The position numbers were made by a program, and so were the translations under genes. From an uncultured Microthrixaceae bacterium (GTDB lineage: Bacteria > Actinomycetota > Acidimicrobiia > Acidimicrobiales > CAVOFX01), in assembly GCA_963695115.1 (NCBI GenBank), contig CAVOFX010000002.1, positions 4,427 through 68,426 on the forward strand: DNA of 64,000 nucleotides, written 5' to 3'. The first letter of the stretch is position 1. Every line of letters starts with the position of its first letter. Positions 1-9,841 of this stretch are shown here, one piece after another. A model generated the notes under the pieces. It was not told the DNA's origin. It saw nothing but the letters and a program-made list of their open reading frames with translations, and did no database searches.

Positions 1-155
1 TGGAGCTCGGCCGGGACCTGGACTGCGAGATGCCTATCAGCGAGCAGGTCCACGCCGTCTGCCACGAGGGGCGCACCGCCGAGGACGCGTACCGGGGGCT
101 GCTGCATCGCAGGCAGCGTCGCGAGATGCACGGGCTGGACGGGAACGAGGATTGA
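1..155 (+). CDS. gpsA: 3' end of NAD(P)H-dependent glycerol-3-phosphate dehydrogenase (partial; start lies upstream of the window)
   Basis: Frame 3 reads ...ELGRDLDCEMPISEQVHAVCHEGRTAEDAYRGLLHRRQRREMHGLDGNED* with TGA at 153-155. This resembles the GpsA C-terminal region as I remember it. It is absent from the ORF track because no start lies in the window. Confidence 0.5.
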   Translation, partial: ELGRDLDCEMPISEQVHAVCHEGRTAEDAYRGLLHRRQRREMHGLDGNED

Positions 156-1862
156 GCAGGACTGGCCGGAGCTGGGCCACCCCGGTCGGGAACCTGGCCT
201 CGCCGTACCGGGTGCTCGTGGACGCGGGCGGCCGGGTGCTCGTCGGCGGCTGGTCGCTCGGTTGGTGGGTGGGTGCAGACGACCGCTGGCACCTCCCGGA
301 CCGCGAGCCTGCGCTGCGCCAGTGGCTCGTGCGGAGCGCTCCCGTGGTCGAGACCCTGCTCCGCATCCCGTCGGGGGACGCGGTCCAGCGGGTGTACGCC
401 GCGCGCGACGCAGGTCCGCACGGTGGGGAGCACGTGGTCGTGGAGGTCGAGAACCGCTCCCCGGTGCCCGTCGCGCTCGCGTGGGTGGTGACATCGGAGG
501 ACCCGTCGGTGGGCGAGATCGATCTGCGGGAGTGCACGGTGACCGTCGACGACGAAGCGGTGCTCTTCTTCGATCGACAGCCCGCGCGCGTCGCCACCTC
601 GGTCGACGCCGACGGGCTGATCGAGGCCGTCACCTCCGGTGCTGCCGGTCGGGAATGGGAGGGCCGCGCGCGACCCGGCTCGGCAGGTGGGGGAGCTGCG
701 TTCGTCTTCCCGCTGCCGCACACCGCTCGGCTCAGGGCGGTCCTGCCGCTCACGACCGAGAGCGCTCCAGGCTCGCTCCCAGGGCCGACCGCGGTGGCGA
801 AGGGATGGGAGGCCCACGGTGACCGCGGCGCGCGGCTCGTGGTCCCGGGCCACCGGCTGGATGCGGGGGTGGCCGCTGCCCGGCGCTCTCTGCTGCTCGC
901 TCGCACCGGCACCGGACGGGTGTGGGGGGAGCAGCCGGGAGCGTGGGCGGAGACCGCCGGGATCCTGCGGGCATGGGATCGCTTCGGCTTCCACGAGGAG
1001 TCGGCCGAGGTGTTGGGGACCCTCACCGAGGCGCTCGGTCGAAGGGGGTACCTCGGCGGCTCCACCGGTCGGCGGGATGCCAACGGAGCGGCTCTCGTCG
1101 CGCTGGACGATCACCTCAGGTTGAGCGGGCTGGCTCCCGACCGGTCGGTCACCGAGGTGGTGGCGGCAGCGTCGCTCTGGATCCATGATCAGGATCCGCG
1201 CTCCTTCGATCCCGCCGAGGCGCGCTGGTCGTGGAGGGGCCTGGTCGCCGCCGAGGATCTCTTCGATCTCGCGGGTGAGCACCGGGCCGCGTCCGATGCC
1301 CGGGCCGACCGGTCGCGGTTGGAGGAGGCTCGGGGTGATCTCGCGTCCGGCGATGGAGCCGGCACGGGCGGGGAGGAGCTGTGGGAGCGGATCGGCGGGC
1401 TGCTGGACTCGGCCTCGCCGACGTGGACCTGGGCCGGGGACGAAGTGGTCCCGTACGGAGCCGCACCACCCGCACGCCGGGCCGATCTGCCGCGTCACGG
1501 CCCTCCTGCTCAGGGCGGTCCGCCTGCTGCTCGTGGCCGAGTCGGGCGGGTCACCTCTCTCGCCGTGCCGTGTCGCACGAGACGGTGTCCGGGAGTTGGA
1601 GATCTGCCGTCACTGGCCTGGCGCGTGGGGTGCCGGCAGCCTGGAGGTGCACGGGGCGCCGACCGGCGTCGGCGACCTCTCCTATGCTGTGCGCTGGCAC
1701 GGCGACCGGCCGGCCCTTCTCTGGAGACTCGCGACGACCGACGAGTCGGCTCCCGTCCGGTTGCGGGCTCCCGGGTTGGATCCGGGGTGGCAGACCGAAG
1801 AGCCCCGGGGCGAGGCGCTGCTGGCTCCGTTCGCCGCCGCAGAGGGAGGGGTGTCACCGTGA
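152..1862 (+). pseudogene. conserved hypothetical protein (~570 aa), apparent +1 frameshift near 1460-1490
   Basis: The N-terminal ~435 aa read well in the frame of ORF 152..3280 (...GILRAWDRFGFHEESAEVLGTLTEALGRRGYLGG...SPTWTWAGDE). The C-terminal ~125 aa read well only in the frame of ORF 1185..1862 (ICRVTALLLRAVRLLLVAESGG...WHGDRPALLWRL...). The stop overlaps the next gene's GTG (GTGA at 1859-1862). Confidence 0.6.
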
Positions 1863-3134
1863 GCGAGACCCGCACGGACGACGAGTTCTGGCAGGAGGTG
1901 CTGAGGGACCAGGGCGCCTCCGAGGAGGAGATCGCCCGGGCCCGGGACGAGGGTCCGCTCGAGCTGGTGGCGCTGGAGCGCTACATCCTCACCGACACGC
2001 CGGTGCACGACATCGCGGCGGCGTCGGAGCTCTCGGGTGTCCCCCCCGAGAAGCTGCGGGCGTTCTGGCGGGCCCTCGGGTTCCCCGACCCCGAGCCGGG
2101 CGAACCCACCTTCGGCGCCACGGACCTCTCCGTCCTGAGGACGGTCGTCGAGTCGATCGGCTCAGGGGTGCTCGACGAGCGGATCGCCCTCCAGATGGCG
2201 CGGGTGATCGGCTCGTCGCTCGCCCGGATCGCCACCGCCCAGGTCGAGGCGGCCACCGAGATCCGCGAGGCCCACCTCGGCAAGGACGTGGCGGATCTCG
2301 AACCGGCCTCGGAGGCGCGCGAGATCGAGCGGACGGTCGGGATGCTCCCGATGCTGTCCGAGCTGATGGAGGCGGTGTGGCGCCGCCACATCGCGGTGGC
2401 CGCAAGGCGTCGGCTCATGCACGAGGACGACGGGCACGAGCGCGAGGTGACCGTGGGCTTCGCGGACCTGGAGGGGTTCACCAGCCTCAGCCAGCAGCTA
2501 CCGGAGGACGAGCTGGCAGCGGTCGTGAACAGCTTCGAGCACATCGCCTACGACGTGGTGGCCACCCACGGCGGGAGGGTGGTGAAGATGATCGGCGACG
2601 AGGTGATGTTCGTCGCCGACGACACCCGTACCGGAGCCGAGCTGGCCCTGGCCCTGGCGGACGCCTACGCCGCCGAGCAGGTGCTGGGCGACGTGCGGGT
2701 CGGTCTGGCGACCGGCCCGGCCCTCAAGCTCGAAGGCGATCTGTACGGACCCGCCGTGAACCTCGCCAGCAGGATCGTCAGCATCGCCTACCCCGGGACC
2801 GTGGTCGTCCCCCGGGAGGTGAAGGACCACCTGGAGGAGGGCGAGGGCGAGGGGGAGTTCACCTTCAACCAGCTCCGCCCCCACTACCTGCGCCACATAG
2901 GACGGGTGCGCCTCTGGGTGATGCGCCGTGCCGGGGACGCCGAGGAGCCGGGCTCGACCCTCCGGCGTGCACGGGAGCACCGCGCCGCTGCGCCGCGCGT
3001 GGATCGCCGACCGCATGGCCGACCGGATCGGGGGCTTCGTGGCCGAGACGGCCGGGGAGACGACCGAGCGCGCGGTGAGGCTGCTCATCGAGGGTCGCAC
3101 GCAGCCCGAGGACGCCGAAGGCGGGCGCGACTGA
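1859..3134 (+). pseudogene. class III adenylate/guanylate cyclase with N-terminal helical regulatory domain; apparent +1 frameshift near 2975-2995
   Basis: The cyclase catalytic core is present: VTVGFADLEGFTSLSQQL...GGRVVKMIGDEVMFVADD...GLATGPALKLEGDLYGPAVNLASRI. After ~2985 the plausible tail (LRRAWIADRMADRIGGFVAETAGETTERAVRLLIEGRTQPEDAEGGRD*) is in the frame of ORF 2928..3134. That frame ends exactly where the convergent mannosidase ends. Confidence 0.8.
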
Positions 3135-5761
3135 TCACTCGGAGAGGCGGGCGGTCGCGATCGCGTGGGGGCCGAGCGGGAACGATCCGTCGAAGGTCTC
3201 ACCCGGCCGCCCCCGCAGGTCCACGAGCCGCCCCCGGCGCCCGGCGATCCCGACGCTCACCGGCTCGCCGGTGGGGTTGAACACCCGCACGACCACGGCT
3301 CCGTCCTCACGTCGGACGGCCGAGACCTCGGCACCGTCCACCTCGAGCGCCCGACCCTCGTCGGGCTGATCACCTCCACCCGGGGCCTCGACCACGGCCA
3401 GCGGGAGGAACGCCAGGTCGGCCAGCTCGAAGGGGTCGGCGTCACCGACGTGCAGCGCGTAGCGGAGCCGGTGCGCTCCGAGCACCTGGGATCCGTCGAG
3501 CGGCAGCAGCGGTCCGGCAGGCAGGGGCCGGTACGGCATCGGGCCCTGCGAGAGCATGCCCGTCGCTCGCAGCAGGGTGAGGGCGAGCGTCTCGGCGCCG
3601 AGCGGCCCCGGGTCCACGAGCTCGTACTCGAGCAGGCCGTCGTGCACCACCGTCAGGCCCCCTGCCTGCACGAAGCGCCGTGAGGGGAAGGTGGGCAGGC
3701 CGCGCTCGGTCGGCCCCCCCTCCGCCTCCAGCCCGCGCTCGACCATGTCGAAGGCGCACTCGGCCCGAGAGGAGGTGGCCGCCGCTGGAAGCGGGAAGTG
3801 CGCCCGGAGGCGGTGGTCACGGCAGGTGTTTTCCAGCTCGACGGTGACGCGCAGCAGCTCCTCGCCGGCGCGCAGCTCGAGGGTGGTGCGCACCACGACC
3901 TCCCGCTCGCCCACGCGTGCGTCACCCGAGGCGCGCTCGGGCCAGCGGTACGTGGAGTCGAGCCGCAGGCGCGAGCGCAGAGGGCCCGACTCGAGCACCG
4001 CGACGCCGACGTCCAGTGGCTGGTCGACGATCCGGTCGTCGGTCGGCGGGTTGTGGTTGTAGGTGTCGCCGGTGTCGCCCCCGTCGACGAGCCGGCCGAG
4101 CCCGGCGAGCCCGTCGTAGGAGAAGGTGCCGGTCCGGTCGTCGACCTCGACCCGCACGAGCCCGTTCTCCATCCAGTCCCGATCCGCGGTGACCGGGTCG
4201 ATGCCGAGCGGCCCCGGCAGCCACCGTCGCCAGCCGAACCCGGGGACATCCTCCACCCTGGCCAGCACCCGACGCAGTGGGGGCCGCGTCAGCCGCATCC
4301 GCACCTCGCCCGCCGGGTCGCCGGTCTCGCGCATCCGGCGCCGCACCGACACCGCGTCGACCTTCTCCGGGCGCGACGGATCGCGGTGCAGGTGAACCTC
4401 GAGCGCACCGTCGGCGCTCGCGAGCACCTCGACGGAGGTGACGCCGTCCGGCGAGCCCAGCATCGCCGACACGATCTCGAGCGCGTCGCCCAGGGCGAGG
4501 GGGAAGGCGATCTCCGTGGGCCGCTGGCTCACGAGCTGCAGCCCCTCCTCCTCGCCCTCGCCGGGGATGCGCAGCTCGACGATCCCGCTCCTCGTGCGGG
4601 CCGAGGAGTTGACGACCACCGCACCGGAGGATCTCAGGGAGCCGGCGAGCGCGCCGAGCGCACGGGTCGCCAGCCCCTCGCCGATCGCTCTCGCCTCGCC
4701 GTAGCGGTGCAGGACCGCGTCGCAGACCTCGTCGACCGAGCAGGCGCAGACCGAGTCGTGCGCCGCGTTGCGGATCATCGCGAGCCAGGCTTCGTCGAGC
4801 AGCCGACCGGGCCAGCGGTCGGGTGGGAGGAAGAGAGCCGAGAGCGGCTCGGCCATGCGCTCGAGCTGGCGCTCGGCCGCGGCCGCGGCCTGCTTGACGT
4901 CGACCCGGTTGGACGCCACCCCCATGAGCAGGTTGGCCCGCGCCCCGGAGCGCAGCTCGCCTCTCCAAGTGGGAGGTCGGCGTCGGCGGTCTCCGCCTCC
5001 GCGTCGGCCAGGTACGCGGCGAGCGAGGTCACGACGAGGTCGTGGTCCTGGAGGCGTCGTACGCCTCGGTCACCACCCGGCCGAGCCGCGGGTTGGGGAA
5101 GAGGTGGTCGGTGCCGTTCATCCACAGCAGGGTGCCGGTGAGCATCCCCGAGTGGTCCTGCTCGAACTCGTCGATGCGGCTGAGCAGGTCCTCGGCGTCG
5201 TCGGGCAGGTGAGCCCCGTTGCCGTAGCCCTCGAGGAGGTACTCGGCCCGCACCTCCGATCCGTCGGGAGCCTCCCACCGGAACGCGTCGCGGTCGACGG
5301 CCGCGGGGACGCCCCGCCAGACGACGGCGTGGTCGCAGGCCGAAGTGCCGGAGGAGCTGGGGCATCTGGGCGACGTGGCCGAACATGTCGGGGAGGTAGC
5401 CGACCTCCATCGCTCCTCCGAGGGCCTCCGCCTTCTCGAAGCCGAGCTGGAGGTCGCGGACGAGCGTCTCGCCGGAGACCAGGAACTCGTCGGGCAGCGT
5501 GTACCAGGGGCCGATGGAGAGGCGGCCCGACCCCACCAGCCGTCGGATGCGGTCCTCGGCCTCGGGGCGCACCTCCAGGTAGTCGTCGACAGCGGCCATC
5601 TGGCCGTCGAGCTGGAAGTGCGAGAAGGAGGTGTCGGTCTCGAGCGTCGGGAGCAGGCCGTCGAGCAGGTCGACGAGCCGCAGCCGGAAGCTCTGGAACG
5701 GCTCGTACCACTCCCGGTCCCAGTGGGTGTGGGGGACGATCGCCACCCGCCGTCGCGTCAT
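3135..5761 (-). pseudogene. GH38 alpha-mannosidase, three apparent frameshifts (~5338, ~5062, ~4970)
   Basis: The N-terminus is MTRRRVAIVPHTHWDREWYEPFQSFR...YLPDMFGHVAQMPQLLRHFG in the ORF 4775..6157 frame. It continues as RAEYLLEGYGNG...LLWMNGTDHLFPNPRLGRVVTEAYDA in the ORF 5029..5253 frame. It then reads QDHDLVVTSLAAYLADAEAETADADLP and finally TWRGELRSGARANLLMGVASNRVD... in ORF 3135..4925. The shift at ~4970 sits in a GGG/CCC run. Confidence 0.85.
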
Positions 5762-5783
5762 CGGCTCAACGTAGTCTTCGGGT

Positions 5784-6197
5784 GTGCGGATCGCGTTCGG
5801 CACCGACGAGCGGACACCTGTGAGCGAGGCGTTGGAGGCGCATCTCGTGTCCTCGGGCCATGAGGTCGTCGTCGTCGGTGAGGACGTGGCGTGGACCACG
5901 GTCGGTCGTGAGGTCGCCGAGGCGGTGGCGAGGGGCGACGTCGACCGGGGGGTGGTTTGCTGCTGGACCGGCACGGGTGTCTCGATCGCCGCGAACAAGG
6001 TCCCCGGGGTGCGGGCCGCGCTCTGCACCGACGCGGAGACGGCGCGGGGCGCGAGGCGCTGGAACGACGCCAACGTCCTGGCGCTCGGGCTCCGCCTCAC
6101 CTCCGAGGCGCTGGCCCGGGAGGTCGTCGACGCGTTCCTATCGACCGAGGTCGACACCTCCGAGCTTGACGTGATCGCAGCCTTGGAGCCGGAGTGA
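5784..6197 (+). CDS. rpiB: ribose-5-phosphate isomerase B (RpiB/LacA/LacB family)
   Basis: 137 aa with a GTG start. Motifs: MRIAFGTDERT...GVVCCWTGTGVSIAANKVPGVRAALCTDAETARGARRWNDANVLALG. Confidence 0.85.
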   Translation: MRIAFGTDERTPVSEALEAHLVSSGHEVVVVGEDVAWTTVGREVAEAVARGDVDRGVVCCWTGTGVSIAANKVPGVRAALCTDAETARGARRWNDANVLALGLRLTSEALAREVVDAFLSTEVDTSELDVIAALEPE

Positions 6198-6316
6198 GGG
6201 CTGCGGGCGGGGACGGGTCCGCTGCCGACGGGTCATCCTCATCTGCCCCTGCACGGGGTGACCCGGCCCGGCCTGATCAGCACCGACGTCACCCGACGCT
6301 GAAGTAACGTCGAGCC

Positions 6317-6610
6317 ATGCCGCTGTACGTGATGCTGTCGACACTCGGACCGCAGGGCTCGGCCACGCTGAGGGAGAACCCGGCGAGGCTGAAGGAGGTG
6401 AACCGCGACGTCGAGGCGATGGGTGTGCGGATCGTCTCGCAGTACGCGCTGCTGGGTCAGTGGGACTTCCTCAACGTGGTCGAGGCGCCCGACGAGAAGG
6501 CCGTGGCCCGGGTGGCCACCTTCCTCTCCGCGAGAGGGACGCTCAAGACACAGACCCTCACCGCGATCGAGGTCGACGAGTTCATCGAGGTGCTCGAGAA
6601 GGGGATCTGA
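6317..6610 (+). CDS. GYD domain-containing protein
   Basis: 97 aa: MPLYVMLSTLGPQG...VSQYALLGQWDFLNVVEAPDEKAVARV. This is the typical GYD-family pattern. Confidence 0.8.
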   Translation: MPLYVMLSTLGPQGSATLRENPARLKEVNRDVEAMGVRIVSQYALLGQWDFLNVVEAPDEKAVARVATFLSARGTLKTQTLTAIEVDEFIEVLEKGI

Positions 6611-6637
6611 TCAGGCCGGCCGGTCGGGAGGGTGGGC

Positions 6638-6874
6638 TCAGTACCACCACATGTCGTTGGTGCGCTTCTTCTCGGCTCGCACGTCGTCGTGGACGAAGAC
6701 CGTGGGGAGCTCCGCCCCGTCGGAGAGTCGCCTGACCCGGTAGCCGTCGTCGGTGACGCTCACCACCTCGAAGCCACGGGTCCACTGGCCCTCGAAGCGG
6801 TTGCGAACCTCGACCGCGGTTCCGCGCTGGACGGCGCCGTCCTCGTCGACGCGTACAGCCAGCTCAGCCAACAT
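6638..6874 (-). CDS. small hypothetical protein (78 aa)
   Basis: The composition is not Arg/Pro-biased (MLAELAVRVDEDGAVQRGTAVEVRNRFEGQWTRGFEVVSVTDDGYRVRRL...MWWY). It lies convergent with the GYD gene. Confidence 0.6.
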   Translation of the reverse strand: MLAELAVRVDEDGAVQRGTAVEVRNRFEGQWTRGFEVVSVTDDGYRVRRLSDGAELPTVFVHDDVRAEKKRTNDMWWY

Positions 6875-7066
6875 CTCTACCGCACTCCCTGCCTTGCTCG
6901 ATGATCGTTCCGGGTCCGCCCGTTGATCTATGCGTCAATTGTCGACGCGTTGCGGCGACGGTTCAAGGCGGTTTCGGGGAACACCGCGTCAACGCTGCGT
7001 GTACCGGAGCTTTCGAGGCGCACCGGAGCTCTCGCGGGTCGGAGATCCGGAGGCGGCGGGCGACGA

Positions 7067-7639
7067 TCAGGCCGCGGCCCGCCGAGGGGGGCCGTGCCAG
7101 GCGGCAGCCAGCGCTCCGAGCGCCATGAGGCGCGCCAGCCGGCGGACCTCGGCGACCTGCGCCTCGGGCGGCAGCTCCTTCGCGCGGGCGCCGGCACCCA
7201 GGCTGAGGATCGACCCGGCACCCCCGATCGAGAGGATCGAGCCGGCCGAGCCGATCGAGAGGATCGAGCCGGCCGAGCCGATGGACAGCAGCGAGCCCGA
7301 GGAGGCGAAGGAGCCGATCGAGCCGATGGCGAGCACCGACCAGGCCGAGCCCACCGAGGCCGTCGACTTCCAGCTCAGCACCGAGAACAGAGAGCGGCCC
7401 GAGGCCACGGACGCCCGCCTCCCGACCCGGAGCAGCTGGTCGATGGTGAGCTGGACCGCGAGCGTCCGGGTGATGGTCCGGATGTCGCGCGGGCCCGCTG
7501 CTCGGCGGCGGCCAGGCGGGCGGTGCCGCTGCACCGGCCGGCGCCCTCGGGCCCGGTGACGGTCGGCTCGCTCGACCCCCGCGCCCGGTCGGCGTCGCAG
7601 CCGTTCGTCGAGGAGCAGCCGGGCTTCATCGAGATCCAC
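7067..7639 (-). CDS. hypothetical Ser/Gly/Ile/Leu-rich repeat protein (9-aa units LSIGSAGSI)
   Basis: 190-aa ORF with strong third-position GC in the repeat half. It contains an in-frame 27-bp tandem repeat. Function is unknown and the N-terminal limit is uncertain. Confidence 0.5.
   Translation of the reverse strand: MDLDEARLLLDERLRRRPGAGVERADRHRARGRRPVQRHRPPGRRRAAGPRDIRTITRTLAVQLTIDQLLRVGRRASVASGRSLFSVLSWKSTASVGSAWSVLAIGSIGSFASSGSLLSIGSAGSILSIGSAGSILSIGGAGSILSLGAGARAKELPPEAQVAEVRRLARLMALGALAAAWHGPPRRAAA
7205..7290. repeat. 27-bp tandem repeat, 2 identical units (7224-7250, 7251-7277) plus degenerate flanking copies
   Basis: ccgatcgagaggatcgagccggccgag occurs twice back to back. It encodes SIGSAGSIL repeats on the minus strand. 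Confidence 0.8.
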
Positions 7640-7698
7640 GGGCCAGACGTTAACGGCTCCTCCCCCGACCCGTTCGGCTCAGGTCGTAAGGTCGTCGC

Positions 7699-8400
7699 GT
7701 GGCCGTCACCACCGCCCCGGCTCTGCGCCCTTCCCTGCGGAGCACGGCCCCGTCGCGGCGGGTCGAGCAGGAGCTGTGGGAGGCGGGCCACCGGGTCGTG
7801 GTCGGGGTGGACGAGGTGGGCCGGGGGGCGTGGGCGGGGCCGCTATCGGTCGGTGCCGCCGTGATCCCCCGCGACCGGCGGGTGTACAAGGTGCGCGACT
7901 CCAAGATGCTCACCGAGGCCGAGCGGGAGGCGCTCTTCGAGCGCATCGCCGAGTGGTGCACGGCGTGGAGCGTCGGCCACGCCTCCCAGGAGGAGTGCGA
8001 CGCGCTGGGGATGTCGGCGGCGCAGAGGCTCGCCGCCCGCCGTGCGATCGAGGGGCTGGGGGTCGGTCCCGACCAGGTGCTGCTGGACGGCCGGTGGGAC
8101 TTCGTGGGTGGGGGCAACACGCGGCAGATCGTGAAGGGCGATGCCACCTGCCTCTCGATCGCTGCGGCGTCGATCCTGGCGAAGGTGACCCGCGACAGGC
8201 TGATGCGCTCCGAGGCGGAGCACTTCCCCGGCTACGACTTCGACGGCAACAAGGGCTACCCCTGCCCCCGGCACAAGATGGCCCTGGCGGGGATGGGCCC
8301 GACCGCCATCCACCGGCGCAGCTGGGTCTTCATGGACTCGCTGCCGTGGAGGGGTTGCAGGCGCGTCGCTCCCGGCGGACAGCAGTCGCTGTTCAGCTGA
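7699..8400 (+). CDS. rnhB: ribonuclease HII
   Basis: 233 aa: VVVGVDEVGRGAWAGPLSVGAAV...RDSKMLTEAERE...LLDGRWDF...KGDATCLSIAAASILAKVTRD...YDFDGNKGYPCPRH. Confidence 0.9.
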   Translation: MAVTTAPALRPSLRSTAPSRRVEQELWEAGHRVVVGVDEVGRGAWAGPLSVGAAVIPRDRRVYKVRDSKMLTEAEREALFERIAEWCTAWSVGHASQEECDALGMSAAQRLAARRAIEGLGVGPDQVLLDGRWDFVGGGNTRQIVKGDATCLSIAAASILAKVTRDRLMRSEAEHFPGYDFDGNKGYPCPRHKMALAGMGPTAIHRRSWVFMDSLPWRGCRRVAPGGQQSLFS

Positions 8401-8443
8401 GAGGTCGGCCGCGAGGCCGGAGGGAGACCCGAGCCGGCGAGCC

Positions 8444-9721
8444 CTACGCGCTCTGGGTGCCGACCTTCAGCTCGCGGAACGGGGCCTTGCTGTCGATCCC
8501 GGGATCCTTCGGCAGGCCCAGCACCCGCTCACCGATGATGTTCTTCATGATCTCGTCGGTCCCCCCGGCCACGCGCAGCCCCGGGATGCCGAGGAGAAGC
8601 TGGTTCCAGGCGTAGGTCCCCCACTCCCCGGTGTCGGCGCAGAGGCGCGGCCCGAGCACCCGTGCGACGAACTCCGTCGTGCGCGTCATGTTCCGGGTGA
8701 GCGAGAGCTTGGCGATCGACATCTCGGGCCCGGGGAGCTGTCCTGCCTTGATCTTGTCCATCGCCCTCTGGTTCGTGTACTTCGCCACCTGGAAGTGGAC
8801 GTAGACGTCGGCCAGCTCGTCGCGGACCACCGCATCGTCGGAGAGGCCGAAGTGGTCGACCATCTGCTTCAGGCGCTCGACGTTGCCGAGGCCCATCCCC
8901 ACACCGCCGCCGCCACCGCCGATCGACGCCCTCTCGTTCATGAGGGTGGTGAGCGCCACCGTCCAGCCCTGGTTCACGTCACCCAGCCGCATGCGGTCCG
9001 GTACCCGGACCTCGGTGAAGAAGACCTCGTTGAAGTTCGCTCCACCGGTCATCTGCCGTAGCGGTCGCACCTCGACGCCGGGCGCGCGCATGTCGACGAC
9101 GAAGCCGGTGAGGCCCTTGTGCTTGGGCAGGTCCGGATCGGTCCGGCAGATGATCTCGCCGATGTCGCTGTAGTGGGCCCCGGAGGTCCACACCTTCTGA
9201 CCGGTGATCACCCACTCGTCACCGTCCTGCACGGCCCGCGTCTGGAGGCTCGCGAGGTCGGATCCCGCTCCCGGTTCGCTGAAGAGCTGGCATCCCAGGA
9301 TGTCGCCCCGGTACAGCTTGGGCAGCAGGTCGGCGCGCACCTCGGGATCGGCGTGGTCCTTGATGGTGGGGGCCACCATCCCGAGACCGATCCCGAAGAA
9401 GCTCTGGTCCGGCACCCGGTACTGGCTCTCGAGGCTCTGGTAGAGGCGCTCGTGCGCCTGGCCGAGGCCCCTCCCGCCCAGATCCGTGGGGCCGGTGATC
9501 CAGCCGAAGCCCGCGTCGTAGCGCTTGGCGCGCCACGCCTTCGCCCGCTCCAGCTCCGCCAGCTCCTGGGCGCGGTCGACCTCCTCGAAGAGGGCGACGT
9601 CGTCTCGCCCCTCGCCCCACTTGAACTCGGCCTTCTCGGCCGCCCTCTTCTCCGCGTTGGCGTCGAGGAACGCGAGCACCTCTTCGCGGAAGGCGTCGAT
9701 GCTGATCTCGGAATCGGCCAT
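8444..9721 (-). CDS. acyl-CoA dehydrogenase (FadE-like)
   Basis: 425 aa: ...GCQLFSEPGAGSDLASLQTRAVQDGDEWVITGQKVWTSGAHYSD...GGTDEIMKNIIGERVLGLP. Confidence 0.9.
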   Translation of the reverse strand: MADSEISIDAFREEVLAFLDANAEKRAAEKAEFKWGEGRDDVALFEEVDRAQELAELERAKAWRAKRYDAGFGWITGPTDLGGRGLGQAHERLYQSLESQYRVPDQSFFGIGLGMVAPTIKDHADPEVRADLLPKLYRGDILGCQLFSEPGAGSDLASLQTRAVQDGDEWVITGQKVWTSGAHYSDIGEIICRTDPDLPKHKGLTGFVVDMRAPGVEVRPLRQMTGGANFNEVFFTEVRVPDRMRLGDVNQGWTVALTTLMNERASIGGGGGGVGMGLGNVERLKQMVDHFGLSDDAVVRDELADVYVHFQVAKYTNQRAMDKIKAGQLPGPEMSIAKLSLTRNMTRTTEFVARVLGPRLCADTGEWGTYAWNQLLLGIPGLRVAGGTDEIMKNIIGERVLGLPKDPGIDSKAPFRELKVGTQSA

Positions 9722-9841
9722 GGCTCTCCCCCTCGGACCGGGATCTCGACGGATCTTCTTGACTGCTCGGTCAATTTAGCCCGCCCCGCCTCCGCGGCCG
9801 AACTCGCTGGACGGGGAGCACCAGCCGGTACCGTCTCGACG

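Noticed and set aside
37-1083. 348-aa minus-strand ORF, and many similar long ORFs in the track (e.g. 1381..3078+, 3798..5141+, 10865..12706+, 20543..21934-, 24887..26047- upstream part, 35253..37211+, 37823..39766+, 51763..53625+, 51957..54146+, 57900..59768-).
   Set aside because: Their translations are dominated by Arg/Pro/Gly/Ala runs typical of out-of-frame or antisense reading of high-GC coding DNA. Each overlaps a better ORF with recognisable conserved motifs. These are shadow ORFs caused by stop-codon scarcity.
3135-3280. Continuation of the cyclase ORF (152..3280 frame) 146 nt into the convergent mannosidase gene.
   Set aside because: That tail is Arg/Gly-rich nonsense. The alternative frame ending at 3134 gives a plausible helical C-terminus and removes the overlap.
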